Below, piece after piece: positions 48,295 through 58,797 of a stretch of 64,000 bases of DNA. Within the stretch, counting starts at the first letter, position 1, and every line of letters starts with the position of its first letter. The stretch covers positions 1,440,001 to 1,504,000 of the forward strand of contig OY761556.1 of assembly GCA_963664705.1 (NCBI GenBank), written 5' to 3'. Below the pieces are notes generated by a model. The model had not been told where the DNA came from and ran no database searches. It saw only the letters and a program-made list of their open reading frames with translations. Source of the stretch: Acidobacteriota bacterium. GTDB lineage: Bacteria; Acidobacteriota; UBA6911. The position numbers and the translations under genes are program-made.

Positions 48295-49149
48295 ATGAAG
48301 AGACAACCCAGACCGGAATGGTTGAAGGTCAGGCTTCCCGCCAGCGAAGGCTATTTTCGGCTGAAAACGCTCGTTCACGACCAGAGGCTCAATACGGTCT
48401 GCCAGGATGCGCGATGTCCGAATATCGGCGAATGCTGGGGGGCGGGGACCGCTACGTTCCTGATTCTTGGCGATATATGCACGCGAGCCTGCAAGTTCTG
48501 CGCTGTAAAGACCGGCCTACCCCCTGAATACGATACGGAGGAGCCCGGACGCGTGGCGGAGGCCATCCGAAAGCTGAACCTCCGGTATGCGGTCATCACT
48601 TCGGTCGATCGTGACGATCTTGAAGACGGCGGCGCCTTTATTTTTGCGGAAACGATCCGGAAAACCAGGGCAGCCTGTCCCGGCATCAGGATCGAGGTGC
48701 TGATCCCGGATTTCAAGGGCAGTGTCAGCGCACTGAAAACGGTGGCCGAAGCCAGGCCGGACATCCTGGGGCACAATGTCGAAACTGTGCCGCGTTTATA
48801 TAAAACGGCGCGGGCGGGATCGCGCTACGAGCGGTCGTTGGATCATCTGCGGAATGCCAAGAGTTTTGGTTTTCCCCTGACTACCAAATCCAGTCTCATG
48901 CTGGGGCTGGGGGAAAGCCGGGAGGAAATCCTGGAAGTTCTGAAGGATTTGCGCGGCGCCGACGTCGATATCCTTACGCTTGGCCAATATTTGCAGCCGA
49001 CGAAGGACCATTTGCCGGTCGAGAGATTTTATACGCCGGCGGAATTTGAGGCGTACCGCGAGCATGCCTTGTCGATAGGCTTCCGTCAGGTGGCCTCCGG
49101 TCCGCTTGTGCGGTCATCGTACCGGGCCGAACAGCTTGTTAACGGCTGA
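48295..49149 (+). CDS. lipA: Lipoyl synthase
   Basis: PEWLK, CQDARCPNIGEC, CTRACKFC, RSSY. Confidence 0.95.
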   Translation: MKRQPRPEWLKVRLPASEGYFRLKTLVHDQRLNTVCQDARCPNIGECWGAGTATFLILGDICTRACKFCAVKTGLPPEYDTEEPGRVAEAIRKLNLRYAVITSVDRDDLEDGGAFIFAETIRKTRAACPGIRIEVLIPDFKGSVSALKTVAEARPDILGHNVETVPRLYKTARAGSRYERSLDHLRNAKSFGFPLTTKSSLMLGLGESREEILEVLKDLRGADVDILTLGQYLQPTKDHLPVERFYTPAEFEAYREHALSIGFRQVASGPLVRSSYRAEQLVNG

Positions 49150-49883
49150 TTTCAGATTCCAGATTTCAGATTCCAGATTCCGGAACAGTCTCCAATTCAT
49201 GGGTGTCCACAATCCTTACCAACAAAATGAGCCCAAACTATACTTTGCGGTCTTCGCGGTCTTCGCGGTTCAAATATTAAAAATTAACCAACGCCATTTA
49301 TTTATGGAGATTGTGGACACCCATTAATAGAAGGGACACCGGGGTTTCTCCCAAGCTGGATAACCGCGAAGACCGCAAAGAAGACACTTTTTTATCCCCA
49401 ATCGAGCGCGATCTCCTTGTAGTGGATAGGAACAGGATATTCTGCATAAACATCCAGCCCGCGAATACCAACAAAATGAGCCCCAAAACTATACTTTGCG
49501 GTCTTTGCGGTCTTCGCGGTTCAAATATTAAAAATTAACCAACGCCATTTATTTATGGAGATTGTGGACACCCATTAATAGAAGGGACACCGGGGTTTCT
49601 CCCAAGCTGGATAACCGCGAAGACCGCAAAGAAGACACTTTTTTATCCCCAATCGAGCGCGATCTCCTTGTAGTGGATAGGAACAGGATATTCTGCATAA
49701 ACATCCAGCCCGCGAATACCAACAAAATGAGCCCCAAAACTATACTTTGCGGTCTTTGCGGTCTTTGCGGTTCAAATATTAAAAATTAACCAACGCTATT
49801 TATGTATGGACCCTGATTTGATCAAACTGGAAAGCCCCATCCGCAATCCGAAATCTGGAATCCGGAATCTGGAATCTGAAATC
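49148..49883. repeat. Nested repeat block: inverted TTTCAGA-type arrays enclosing ~2.4 copies of a ~251-bp unit
   Basis: Outer arrays at 49148-49183 and 49839-49883; unit starts at 49217, 49466 and 49717; 16-bp IR at 49199-49214 / 49309-49324; 9-mer CT(T/C)GCGGT-type arrays in both orientations. Confidence 0.9.
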
Positions 49884-49945
49884 GTGAATTCCATGGATTC
49901 CTGCCGTTTTTCGTTTAAAATCAATATATAGGCGAAAATAAAACC

Positions 49946-51241
49946 ATGACGCCCAGACGAATTGCGCTTGCCATTCTTCTACTTCTTCTCGCCCCTCACG
50001 TCCGGGGAGACATCGCGCGTATTGATTTGAACGGAAGCATCGACCCGGTCACGGCCGAATTTGTGACGCGAAGCATCGACCGGGCGGAGGCGGAGCATGC
50101 CGGGTTTTTGCTGATCCGTCTCCAGACGCCGGGCGGATTTGCGTCTTCGATGGAACAGATTATTTCGCGGATGCTCGGCAGTAAAGTGCCGGTCGTTGTC
50201 TTCGTAACTCCCAGTGGAAGCAAGGCTGCATCCGCGGGATTTTTTATTCTGCTTGCATCCGATATTGCCGCGATGTCTCCCGGAACGAATACAGGGGCCG
50301 CACACCCGCTCATGGCGATTGGCGGGTTTCCTGTCAGCGGCGGGGATGCCGGCAAGACATTGACGGAGAAGATTACCAGCAACGCGACAGCGTTTCTGCG
50401 CAGCATTGCCACCAAGCGCAATCGGAACGTGGCTGAAGCAGAGAAGGGAGTTACGGAAAGCAAATCGTTTACCGACGCGGAAGCGCTCAATGCGCATCTC
50501 ATCGATTTTATTGCCCGGGACGAGGCCGAATTGTTTGCCAAACTCCACGGATACCATGTACGGCTGTTTTCGGGGCGGGAATGTGTATTGGTTACGCAGG
50601 GGCAGCGCGTGGTCGATTACCCGATGTCGACGCGGGAGAAGTTGCTTGCCGCCATTTCCCAACCCAACCTGGCATTGCTGCTGGGGATTGTGGGTCTGAT
50701 CCTTCTTTATTTCGAATTTACGCATCCTGGCTTTTATGCTCCGGGAGTGATTGGCGGCATCTGTGTGCTGCTGTCGGTTCTGGGGCTTTCGTTTCTGCCA
50801 ATCAATTACGTGGGGGTGCTCCTGATCCTGCTGGCGATCGGGCTGTTTGTCGCGGAGGTCAAGGTGGGGGGATTCGGGGTTCTCGGGATTGGAGGAATCG
50901 TGTCCATGGTGATAGGAATGTTGATCCTGATAGATGCTCCGGATCCGGCGGTCCGGATCCGGTTATCGACTGCGCTGGCGCTGGCGCTCCCCTTTGCCGC
51001 CATTTTCCTGATTCTGCTGATTGCGCTGTTCCGCTCCTACCGGCAAAAGGTTGCAACCGGCGACCAGGGGATGATTGGATTGATCGGGGTTGCGGACAAT
51101 GATTTTCAGGAGCGCGGACGGGTAAAGGTTCGCGGGGAGTATTGGACGGCGTACGCCGAGGTCCCTGTGGCTGCCGGGAAGGCGGTCCGGGTTCTGGCGG
51201 TTGAGAATTTGGTTCTGAAGGTTGAAGAGGTGAAAGACTAA
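49946..51241 (+). CDS. nfeD: NfeD family membrane-bound serine protease (ClpP class)
   Basis: TPGG, AASAG, GAAHP, TM region, C-terminal OB fold (VRGEYW); adjacent to SPFH gene. Confidence 0.9.
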   Translation: MTPRRIALAILLLLLAPHVRGDIARIDLNGSIDPVTAEFVTRSIDRAEAEHAGFLLIRLQTPGGFASSMEQIISRMLGSKVPVVVFVTPSGSKAASAGFFILLASDIAAMSPGTNTGAAHPLMAIGGFPVSGGDAGKTLTEKITSNATAFLRSIATKRNRNVAEAEKGVTESKSFTDAEALNAHLIDFIARDEAELFAKLHGYHVRLFSGRECVLVTQGQRVVDYPMSTREKLLAAISQPNLALLLGIVGLILLYFEFTHPGFYAPGVIGGICVLLSVLGLSFLPINYVGVLLILLAIGLFVAEVKVGGFGVLGIGGIVSMVIGMLILIDAPDPAVRIRLSTALALALPFAAIFLILLIALFRSYRQKVATGDQGMIGLIGVADNDFQERGRVKVRGEYWTAYAEVPVAAGKAVRVLAVENLVLKVEEVKD

Positions 51242-51256
51242 TTATCCGGAGGCGAC

Positions 51257-52012
51257 ATGCAATCGACGCTGCTGTTTGGAATTGTGATTGTTCTATTGTA
51301 TCTCTGGAGTACCGTCAACGTATTGCGGGAATATGAACGCGGAGTGGTATTCCGGCTGGGTCGCCTGATGCCCAATGCGACCGGACCCGGGATCGTATTT
51401 ATTCTCTGGCCCGTTTATAAAATGGTGCGCGTCAGTCTTCGGACGATTACGCTCGAAGTTCCTCCGCAAGACATTATCACGCGGGACAACGTTTCGGTGA
51501 AGGTGAATGCCATCGTATATTTCCGCGTCATGAATGCGCCCCGGGCGATCGTGGAGGTGGAGAATTATCTGTACGCCACCTCCCAGCTTGCGCAGACAAC
51601 GCTCCGCTCCGTGCTTGGGGAGGTTGAAATGGACGACCTGCTGAGCCGGCGCGAGAAACTGAACGTAAAGCTTCAGGAGATACTCGATCAGCATACGGAT
51701 GCATGGGGGATCAAAGTGAGCCTGGTTGAAGTGAAGCAGGTGGATCTGCCCCAGGAGATGCAGCGGGCGATGGCCAAGCAGGCCGAAGCGGAGCGGGAAA
51801 AGCGGGCCAAGATCATTCACGCCGAGGGAGAATTCCAGGCATCCTCCAAGCTTGCCGAAGCGGCAGGCGTAATTAATAAAGAACCTGTTGCACTTCAGTT
51901 GCGATATCTGCAGACTTTGACCGAAATCGGTGTGGAGAAAAATACGACGGTTGTTTTTCCCGTTCCGATCGATATCATCAAGGCTTGGGTGGACACTACA
52001 AAGCGGGAATAG
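51257..52012 (+). CDS. Slipin/SPFH (stomatin-like) protein
   Basis: [38 protein letters not shown]. Confidence 0.93.
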   Translation: MQSTLLFGIVIVLLYLWSTVNVLREYERGVVFRLGRLMPNATGPGIVFILWPVYKMVRVSLRTITLEVPPQDIITRDNVSVKVNAIVYFRVMNAPRAIVEVENYLYATSQLAQTTLRSVLGEVEMDDLLSRREKLNVKLQEILDQHTDAWGIKVSLVEVKQVDLPQEMQRAMAKQAEAEREKRAKIIHAEGEFQASSKLAEAAGVINKEPVALQLRYLQTLTEIGVEKNTTVVFPVPIDIIKAWVDTTKRE

Positions 52013-52018
52013 GGGAAA

Positions 52019-52666
52019 ATGGCGAATAACGAAGTGGAGTCGGGGCTCGAACTTGTGCTGGATAACCGGAAGCTCATTATTGCCTTTGCGCTGTTGATCG
52101 CGATTTGCGGCTGCTTCTTCGTGGTGGGATTTATTGAAGGGAAGAGGCAGGGATACCAGGAGGGGAGCCAGATTGCATCGGAACCGGCTCCACGGCAGGT
52201 TCCGGAGGCTGTTCAGCCACCGGCTGAAAAGCCGGCAAAGGAAGAAGCCCAGCCGACGCAGCCCGCTGCCGCCAGTCAGCCGCTGGACTGGTATCAAAAC
52301 GTCAACAGTAAAGAGGCGCGGCCTGCCGCAGCGGTTGCCACGACGCCGGCCGCTGCTCCGGTTGTAACCGTCAAGAAGCCCGCTTCAGAGGAGCCGGCTG
52401 TTCACACCGAGAAGCATAAGGCAGCGGCGAGCTCGGAGCCGGGTTCGTATGCAGTCCAGGTTGGGGCGTTTCGGGATAAGCATCAGATGGAACTCCGGGC
52501 AAAGGTTTTGAAAGAGAAGGGATTCGAATGCAGGATGGAATCTCCGTCCGAACCGGGCCAGCTGTTTCTCTTGAAAGTGGGCAAGTTTAAAACCAGGGCG
52601 GAAGCTTCTGCCCTGCAGCTTCGACTCAAAAGAGAAGGTATTTCCTCCTTCATCAAAACAAACTAG
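52019..52666 (+). CDS. SPOR domain membrane protein
   Basis: N-terminal TM, A/P-rich linker, YAVQVGAF…KVGKF. Confidence 0.85.
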   Translation: MANNEVESGLELVLDNRKLIIAFALLIAICGCFFVVGFIEGKRQGYQEGSQIASEPAPRQVPEAVQPPAEKPAKEEAQPTQPAAASQPLDWYQNVNSKEARPAAAVATTPAAAPVVTVKKPASEEPAVHTEKHKAAASSEPGSYAVQVGAFRDKHQMELRAKVLKEKGFECRMESPSEPGQLFLLKVGKFKTRAEASALQLRLKREGISSFIKTN

Positions 52667-52678
52667 AACGCCGCAGAT

Positions 52679-54244
52679 TTGCGCAAGACAATCGAGCCAT
52701 TTGCGGCATCTCCCAAGAGCATGCTTTTTTTATTGCCGGTCATCTCCGGACTTCTGCTTTTTGTCTCATTCCCTCGCATTGATCAGGGCTACCTGGCGTG
52801 GGTTGCGTTCATTCCCATTGCGATCTTCATCGATCGGAGTGCCAGCGTGCGAAGAGCCTTTGCCGGCGGCTTTGCGCTGGGCTTTGTTCTGGCATTCGCT
52901 TCTTTGAATTGGATGCCAACGGTGCTGGCCCATTATGGCGGGCTGCCATCCCCCCTGGCCTGGATTGCTTATGCGCTGTTGATCGCGGTACTGGCCTGCT
53001 ATCCGGCCGCGGCCTGCGGTCTGACGCGAAGCCTGATCCGTTGGGGCGGGGAATCCTATCTGTTGGTATTTCCGGCGCTCTGGGTCCTTTCCGAATATGC
53101 GCAGAGCTTTTCCCCTTTTGGAGGACTCCCCTGGCTTGTCGCCGCGTACTCTCAATCCCGATTCCTCCCTGTGATTCAGATCTCCGATATAACCGGCGTA
53201 TACGGAATCTCCTTTGTTCTGGCCTGGACCGGAGCCTCGGCTGCCTGGCTGACCAAGAAAAGGGGGCATGGTCGCAGCGCCTGGCTGCCTGCGGGCATTT
53301 CCATCGCGATGGTGGTCGGGATGCTGGTTTATGGCGGGGCGTCCATGCGCCGATGGGAGAGCCCGGAGCCGCGGTACCGCGTGGCCATGTTGCAGAAAAA
53401 TATATCCTACGATGACCCGCACAGCGTGCTGGTGGAAAAATTTGGGGAAGGCTATGCCAGGATGGCCGACAGCCTGAAGACGACCGGCACGGATTTGCTG
53501 CTTCTTCCGGAATCTCCCTCCCCGGTGTTTTTTGAAACGGATGCGGCTTACCGGCAAGGCCTTGCCACGCTGGCCGGGAGCTTTCGCTTCGGGATTGTGT
53601 TCAACAATGTTCGCATTCAGGATTCCGGCGAGATATCCCGGTACTTCAACAGCGCCTATTTCATGGATCGCAGCGGCAAAGTGGATGGCGTTTACGATAA
53701 AATTCACCTCGTTCCCTTTGGCGAATATATTCCATGGAAGCGCCTGCTTTCATTTATCGAGGTTATTTCAAAGGATGTCGGGTCTTTTGAGCCGGGCAGT
53801 TCCTACCTGGTGGCCAGGATCGATGGCCATCCAGTGAACGCGGTGGTCTGTTTCGAGGCTGTGTTTCCAGATATGGTGCGCAGGTTTGTCCGGCAGGGAA
53901 GCGAGTTGATCATTAATCTGACGAATGACGGCTGGTACGGCGATTCGGCTGCTCCTTTCCAGCACCTGGCAATCGCGCGGTTCCGTGCGGTCGAAAACCG
54001 GAGATTCCTTCTTCGGTCGACCAATTCCGGGATTTCCGCCCTGGTGAATCCGGACGGACACATACAGGCATCGACCGGGATTCTGCGCGAGGCGATCTGC
54101 CGGGGCCGCTTTGACTTCATGACAACGGAAACGTTCTATACCCGTTATGGCGACGTTTTCGTTTTCCTATGTGCTATCATTTCGGTTGGATTGGCGCTTT
54201 TTTCGGTTTTGCGAGGCGCTGGAGTGCATAAACGTTCAGTTTAG
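52679..54244 (+). CDS. lnt: Apolipoprotein N-acyltransferase
   Basis: LPES, YDKIHLVPFGEYIP, VCFEAVF, NLTNDGWYG, RAVEN; start uncertain (52679 or 52721). Confidence 0.93.
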   Translation: MRKTIEPFAASPKSMLFLLPVISGLLLFVSFPRIDQGYLAWVAFIPIAIFIDRSASVRRAFAGGFALGFVLAFASLNWMPTVLAHYGGLPSPLAWIAYALLIAVLACYPAAACGLTRSLIRWGGESYLLVFPALWVLSEYAQSFSPFGGLPWLVAAYSQSRFLPVIQISDITGVYGISFVLAWTGASAAWLTKKRGHGRSAWLPAGISIAMVVGMLVYGGASMRRWESPEPRYRVAMLQKNISYDDPHSVLVEKFGEGYARMADSLKTTGTDLLLLPESPSPVFFETDAAYRQGLATLAGSFRFGIVFNNVRIQDSGEISRYFNSAYFMDRSGKVDGVYDKIHLVPFGEYIPWKRLLSFIEVISKDVGSFEPGSSYLVARIDGHPVNAVVCFEAVFPDMVRRFVRQGSELIINLTNDGWYGDSAAPFQHLAIARFRAVENRRFLLRSTNSGISALVNPDGHIQASTGILREAICRGRFDFMTTETFYTRYGDVFVFLCAIISVGLALFSVLRGAGVHKRSV

Positions 54245-54252
54245 GAGGAATA

Positions 54253-55354
54253 ATGCCCGAGGAACTTCAGGAGAGAGTTACCGCCATCGAGGAAAAGATA
54301 CAGCAGATTCGAGGGTATCTTTGATGCGGGTAAAAAGCGTACAGAGGTTCTCGAGCTTGAACGAAAGGTAGCCAAGCCGGAGTTCTGGAATAACCAGGAA
54401 CAGGCACAATCCATACTGCAGACAAGGAGCCGACTGGAAGAGGACATCGAGCTGGATTCCAAAATGGCCCGTCAGATCGATGATCTCAAAGCACTGGCGG
54501 AACTAGCGCGGGAAGGGGAGGACGTTGGCGCTGAATTGGCCGGCGAAGTCCAACGGCTCGAGCAGGAAGCTCAACACACAGAAATCCGGATGCTTCTTTC
54601 CGGAGAGCATGACCATTCCAATGCCATCGTGACGATTCATCCCGGAGCCGGCGGCGTCGACTCGCAGGATTGGGCGGAAATGCTGCTTCGGATGTACCTG
54701 CGCTGGAGTGAGCGATCCGGATATGCCACCAAGGTTCTGGATTATCAGCCTGGAGACGAAGCCGGCCTCAAATCGGCGACGGTCCTGGTTGAAGGCCACC
54801 TGGCTTATGGATACCTCTCCTCCGAAAGCGGCGTGCATCGGCTGGTTCGCATTTCGCCTTTTGGCGCGATGGGCAAACGGCAGACAAGTTTTGCCTCTGT
54901 GTTTGTCTATCCGCAGCTGGATGACAAGATTGAGATTCAGATCGATGAGAAGGACCTGCGGATCGATACCTACCGTTCTTCCGGGGCGGGCGGACAGCAC
55001 GTCAACGTCACCGATTCTGCCGTAAGAATTACCCACCTTCCGACCGGCATTGTCGTGTCGTGTCAGAACGAGCGGTCCCAGATACGCAACAGGGAAATGG
55101 CGCGGCAGGTATTGCGCGCGCGTCTTTACGAATTGGAGCTCAGCAAGAAACGCCAGGAGTTGCAGGCTGTCGAAGATTCGAAGATGGACATCAACTTTGG
55201 AAGCCAGATTCGATCCTACGTGCTGCACCCGTACCGGATGGTGAAGGATCATCGAACCAAATACGAAACGTCGAATGCGGATCGGGTTTTGGACGGTGAT
55301 ATTGAGGATTTCATTTACGAATACATGGTGCACCGCGGTGTGCGCAGGTCGTAA
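54253..55354 (+). CDS. prfB: Peptide chain release factor 2 with programmed +1 frameshift
   Basis: Frame 0 MPEEL…RGYL ends CTT-TGA (54319-54324). The +1 frame continues DAGKKR…EFWN… into the ORF with SPF and GGQ motifs; internal GAGGG SD-like element upstream of the shift site. Confidence 0.95.
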
Positions 55355-55365
55355 GTTGTTATCGA

Positions 55366-55410
55366 GGATTCCGGATTTTGGTTTTCAGAGTAAGTCTGAA
55401 ATCCGAAATC
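55366..55410. repeat. Short inverted TTTCAGA/TCTGAAA-type heptamer pair after prfB
   Basis: GGATTCCGGATTTTGGTTTTCAGA-GTAAG-TCTGAAATCCGAAATC. Confidence 0.65.
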
Positions 55411-55465
55411 TTCTGAGCCATTCCCGGCTTTCAGCGCGTCTAATCAGGTTTTAGGGGGGGATAGA

Positions 55466-56227
55466 GTGGCATTGGATACCAATGAATCCCAGGCAATGCC
55501 GATACGGCATCCCGATCCGCGTTTTTATTCAACCCGCAATCGAGTATCCACGATACTTCTCCTTTTTGTGGTTGTATTCGGGCTGCCCCTGATTGGCATT
55601 CCCTCGCTGCGGCAGCGCCTGTCGACGCGCGTGATGTCACTGAAGACCGCGTTTTCCGGTGAGATTGTGCCGGCCACGCTGGTCGCGGGTTCAAATCACG
55701 AGCCGTTTCCTGCGGAGTTCGAGCGGCCCACTCCTCCTCCACCGCAGCATGCTCCGGTGGTCGCCAATCTGGATCGTGTGTTTACCTTGGACGGACGCCC
55801 GGCAAGCCCGTCGCCGTCGCCGGCTCCAATGGCGGTTTCCCCTCGATCGGCGAAAAGCGCGAAAACGGCTGCTGCCGCCGAGCCAGCCCCGGCAAGCGCT
55901 GCGGCCGCGCCGGTGGAAACGCAGGCTGCGGCACAGCCTGCCGCGGGTGGAGAGGATGAGCTGAAATACCAGAGAGGAAAGGCGGAGCAGGAAGCGTATG
56001 ACCTGTTGCTGAAGTTAAACCCGGCCGTCAATAATCTGATCCAGGGGAAAGACCCGTCACTGAAATTCAAGTCATGGGATGCGGTGAATCGAGGAGATGA
56101 AGTTTATTGGGTTCGGCTCAGATTTCAGGCGGAGGGGACTCCTGATGCCGAATACATCTGGCAGGTTAAGGTTCAGTCCAGCCAGGCAACTCCTTTGAAC
56201 TACAACGCCAGAAACCTCGGCCAATAA
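55466..56227 (+). CDS. Membrane-anchored hypothetical protein
   Basis: N-terminal TM, P/A-rich linker, globular C-terminus; start uncertain. Confidence 0.7.
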   Translation: MALDTNESQAMPIRHPDPRFYSTRNRVSTILLLFVVVFGLPLIGIPSLRQRLSTRVMSLKTAFSGEIVPATLVAGSNHEPFPAEFERPTPPPPQHAPVVANLDRVFTLDGRPASPSPSPAPMAVSPRSAKSAKTAAAAEPAPASAAAAPVETQAAAQPAAGGEDELKYQRGKAEQEAYDLLLKLNPAVNNLIQGKDPSLKFKSWDAVNRGDEVYWVRLRFQAEGTPDAEYIWQVKVQSSQATPLNYNARNLGQ

Positions 56228-56230
56228 TAT

Positions 56231-56254
56231 ACTGACAACTGACGACTAACGACT
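56231..56254. repeat. Short ACT(G/A)AC(A/G) heptamer array
   Basis: ACTGACA ACTGACG ACTAACG ACT, just after a stop codon. Confidence 0.6.
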
Positions 56255-56275
56255 GCTTTTGATATACTCAGGCCG

Positions 56276-58759
56276 ATGCGCGTGCCATCCATAAAACTGA
56301 CGCGCCGGGTTCTGCTCGGCATAATCCTCCTCACCATCGCTGCGGTTCTGCTCAATTATCTCCAGGCGTGGCGCCATCGTTCCCAGCAATCCGCCAAGCC
56401 TCCCGCCATCCTCGATGCGCAGATGCGTCGATCCGCGAATGAGGTTGAGTATATCGAATACCGGGGTACTCCAAGGGTTCCGAAATTCCGCATTCATGCC
56501 AGGCTGGCGCAGGAGAAGCAGACCGGCACGAACCTGCTGGAGGGAATCGATGCCTGCGACTTTAACGCGGACGGCAGCGTCCGTCACGAGATCCACAGTC
56601 TGAAGGCGGAATATGATCCGGTCCGAAAATTTGCGGATTTCGCGGGCAACGTCCGTGTGTTCATCAACAAGAAAATCGAATTGCAGACCGACTCGCTTCA
56701 CTACGACCTCGATAAAGAGGTCGGGACCACTCCGGATCTCATGCGGGTTTTATCCGAGGAAATACGCGGAACGGCGCGCGGAGTGCGATTTGAGCAGAAG
56801 CAGCAGTCCCTGGAATTGCAGAGCCAGGTCGATCTGACGTTCAACCAGGCGGGAGGGACGAAACCTGGTGCCAGGAAGAATGGAGCGATGCATGCTACCG
56901 CGCAGCGGGCATTCTGTTCCGACACCACGGGACGAATTCTGTTCGAGGGAAGCGCGCGCCTGGTTTCCGATACGCAGGTTTTATCCGGGGAGCGCGTCGA
57001 GGCAATCCTGGATGCGGATCATAAGCGGATCCGTTCCTTGACGGCCGAAGGAAATGCGCTGTACAGCTCCAGCGCGCCCGGGGAGTCGCGCTCCATTGGC
57101 GGCGATCGGCTGGTTTTCGAAATCCGCGACGGCGCGCTGCAGAGCATCTTTGTTTCAGGGCAGGCGACCTTTTCCGCCTCTTCTCCCGTCGAGACCCAGA
57201 ACCTGCGCGGGGGAGAGATCGATGTTCGATTCGATGCGGCGGAACTCCCTGCGGCAATCAAAGCGCGTACCGGTGTCACTTTCCAGAGCTACAGAGGTGC
57301 CGATCAGATTTCGATGTCGGGTGATCAGCTCGATGCAATCTTTGTTGCGGGCAGCAGAATTCTTAAAACGATACAGATTTTGAAGCCGTCCGGAACAACG
57401 GGAAGCCAGGCCATCCTAAAAATGTCTGCCGACAAAGCCGAAGGAAGCGAATTGCAGGCCGATGATATTCGCATCAGCCTGCGCGAAATCAACGGCAGAT
57501 CCGTCTTGGAGAAGCTGCGCGCCGAGGGGAAGGCGCGCTATATTTCGAGACCGCTGCCGAAGAATGCGGCTTCCGAACCGGTCCGGACGTTGAGCGGGTC
57601 TCTGCTTGAAATGACTCAGTCCAAAACGGGCGATTATATCGAATCCGGGAGTGCTTCCGGCGCGGTCGAATTTTCTGAAGGATCGAGCGAGCCTGCCAAC
57701 CGACCGCAGCTCAAGAGGTTGAATGCGGATAGAGCCGGCTTTCAGTTTTATGCCAGCAACAATGCAGTGAAGCATTTGGATGCAGAGGGCAACGTGCGTC
57801 TCGTGTATGAGAAAAGCGGAAAGTCATCGGGCGCGGCGGTGGAGAGATTCAAGACCTACAGCAACAGGATGAATGCCGAGTTTTTGCTGAAAGAGGGCAA
57901 AAGTGTGGTTGAGTCCGTTCAACAGTGGGGCGATTTCCGGTACGAGGATGCCGACAGAAATGCTTCGGCTGGAAAATGCGATTACGATGCCGGCCGGCAG
58001 CTGCTTGTTTTGACCGAGTCTCCCAGAATAGCGGATGGCGAAACCACCACCACGGGAACCCGCATTGAATATGACCAAAGCGGCAAGCAGCTTTGGGTCC
58101 GCGGCAATGTGTGGTCCAGTTTTCGATCCCGGAAAGGAAGCGGTTCTCTTTTTGGCACGGAATCATCGTCGTCTTCGGGGATTGTGAAGGCGAATGAAAT
58201 GCTCTACGGGGTTGAGAGCGGCCGCACGCGGTATTCCGGCAATGTCCGCCTGCTTGCGGACAATCAGAATCTGCAGACCGATACTCTTGAGCTTACGAAG
58301 GGGTTGGAGCAGGTCGTTGCCGAGGGAAAGGTTCGACATCTCATTTCCAGGAAAGAGAATGGAGGTTCGCCGGCTGGAAAAAAATCGAAGCAGGACCCAG
58401 ACGACGTTCTGACGTTGATTCAAAGCTCATCCATGAACTATGCAAAAGATAAAAACAAAATCAGCTATTCCGGGAAAGTAACGCTGCATTCGAAAGATGC
58501 GGACATTTCCTCCGACGATATGGAAGCCATTCCCGATGCGGAGGGAAAGAAGATACATCAGGCGACAGCGCGCGGGAATGTGGTGGTGCATTATGGCTCC
58601 CGGTCCTGCAAAGGGGATCTTGCGGATTACGACATGGATTCAAAAAAACTCGTCGTAACCGGGAAGCCGGCTGAGTTTTATGACCCGGATAAAGGCCGAT
58701 CGTTCGCCCGCAGATTGACTTCCACCACAGCCGATGATACGATTCTGCTCGAAAAATAA
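56276..58759 (+). CDS. LptC/LptA(OstA)-repeat LPS export periplasmic protein
   Basis: N-terminal TM, LptC-like LQTDSLHYD, multiple beta-jellyroll repeats (AEGNV, ARGNVV); directly upstream of lptB. Confidence 0.8.
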   Translation: MRVPSIKLTRRVLLGIILLTIAAVLLNYLQAWRHRSQQSAKPPAILDAQMRRSANEVEYIEYRGTPRVPKFRIHARLAQEKQTGTNLLEGIDACDFNADGSVRHEIHSLKAEYDPVRKFADFAGNVRVFINKKIELQTDSLHYDLDKEVGTTPDLMRVLSEEIRGTARGVRFEQKQQSLELQSQVDLTFNQAGGTKPGARKNGAMHATAQRAFCSDTTGRILFEGSARLVSDTQVLSGERVEAILDADHKRIRSLTAEGNALYSSSAPGESRSIGGDRLVFEIRDGALQSIFVSGQATFSASSPVETQNLRGGEIDVRFDAAELPAAIKARTGVTFQSYRGADQISMSGDQLDAIFVAGSRILKTIQILKPSGTTGSQAILKMSADKAEGSELQADDIRISLREINGRSVLEKLRAEGKARYISRPLPKNAASEPVRTLSGSLLEMTQSKTGDYIESGSASGAVEFSEGSSEPANRPQLKRLNADRAGFQFYASNNAVKHLDAEGNVRLVYEKSGKSSGAAVERFKTYSNRMNAEFLLKEGKSVVESVQQWGDFRYEDADRNASAGKCDYDAGRQLLVLTESPRIADGETTTTGTRIEYDQSGKQLWVRGNVWSSFRSRKGSGSLFGTESSSSSGIVKANEMLYGVESGRTRYSGNVRLLADNQNLQTDTLELTKGLEQVVAEGKVRHLISRKENGGSPAGKKSKQDPDDVLTLIQSSSMNYAKDKNKISYSGKVTLHSKDADISSDDMEAIPDAEGKKIHQATARGNVVVHYGSRSCKGDLADYDMDSKKLVVTGKPAEFYDPDKGRSFARRLTSTTADDTILLEK

Positions 58760-58797
58760 AACGTGATATAAGTTTTTGATTTTCAATTATTTAACAT

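Noticed and set aside
49298-49789. Duplicated 62-aa and 75-aa ORFs as a toxin-antitoxin or peptide pair
   Set aside because: They arise from the 251-bp duplication and include the 9-mer repeats; no recognisable motif or good start context.
54253-54463. prfB as a pseudogene or sequencing frameshift
   Set aside because: The break is at the canonical CTT-TGA programmed +1 site with an upstream SD-like sequence.
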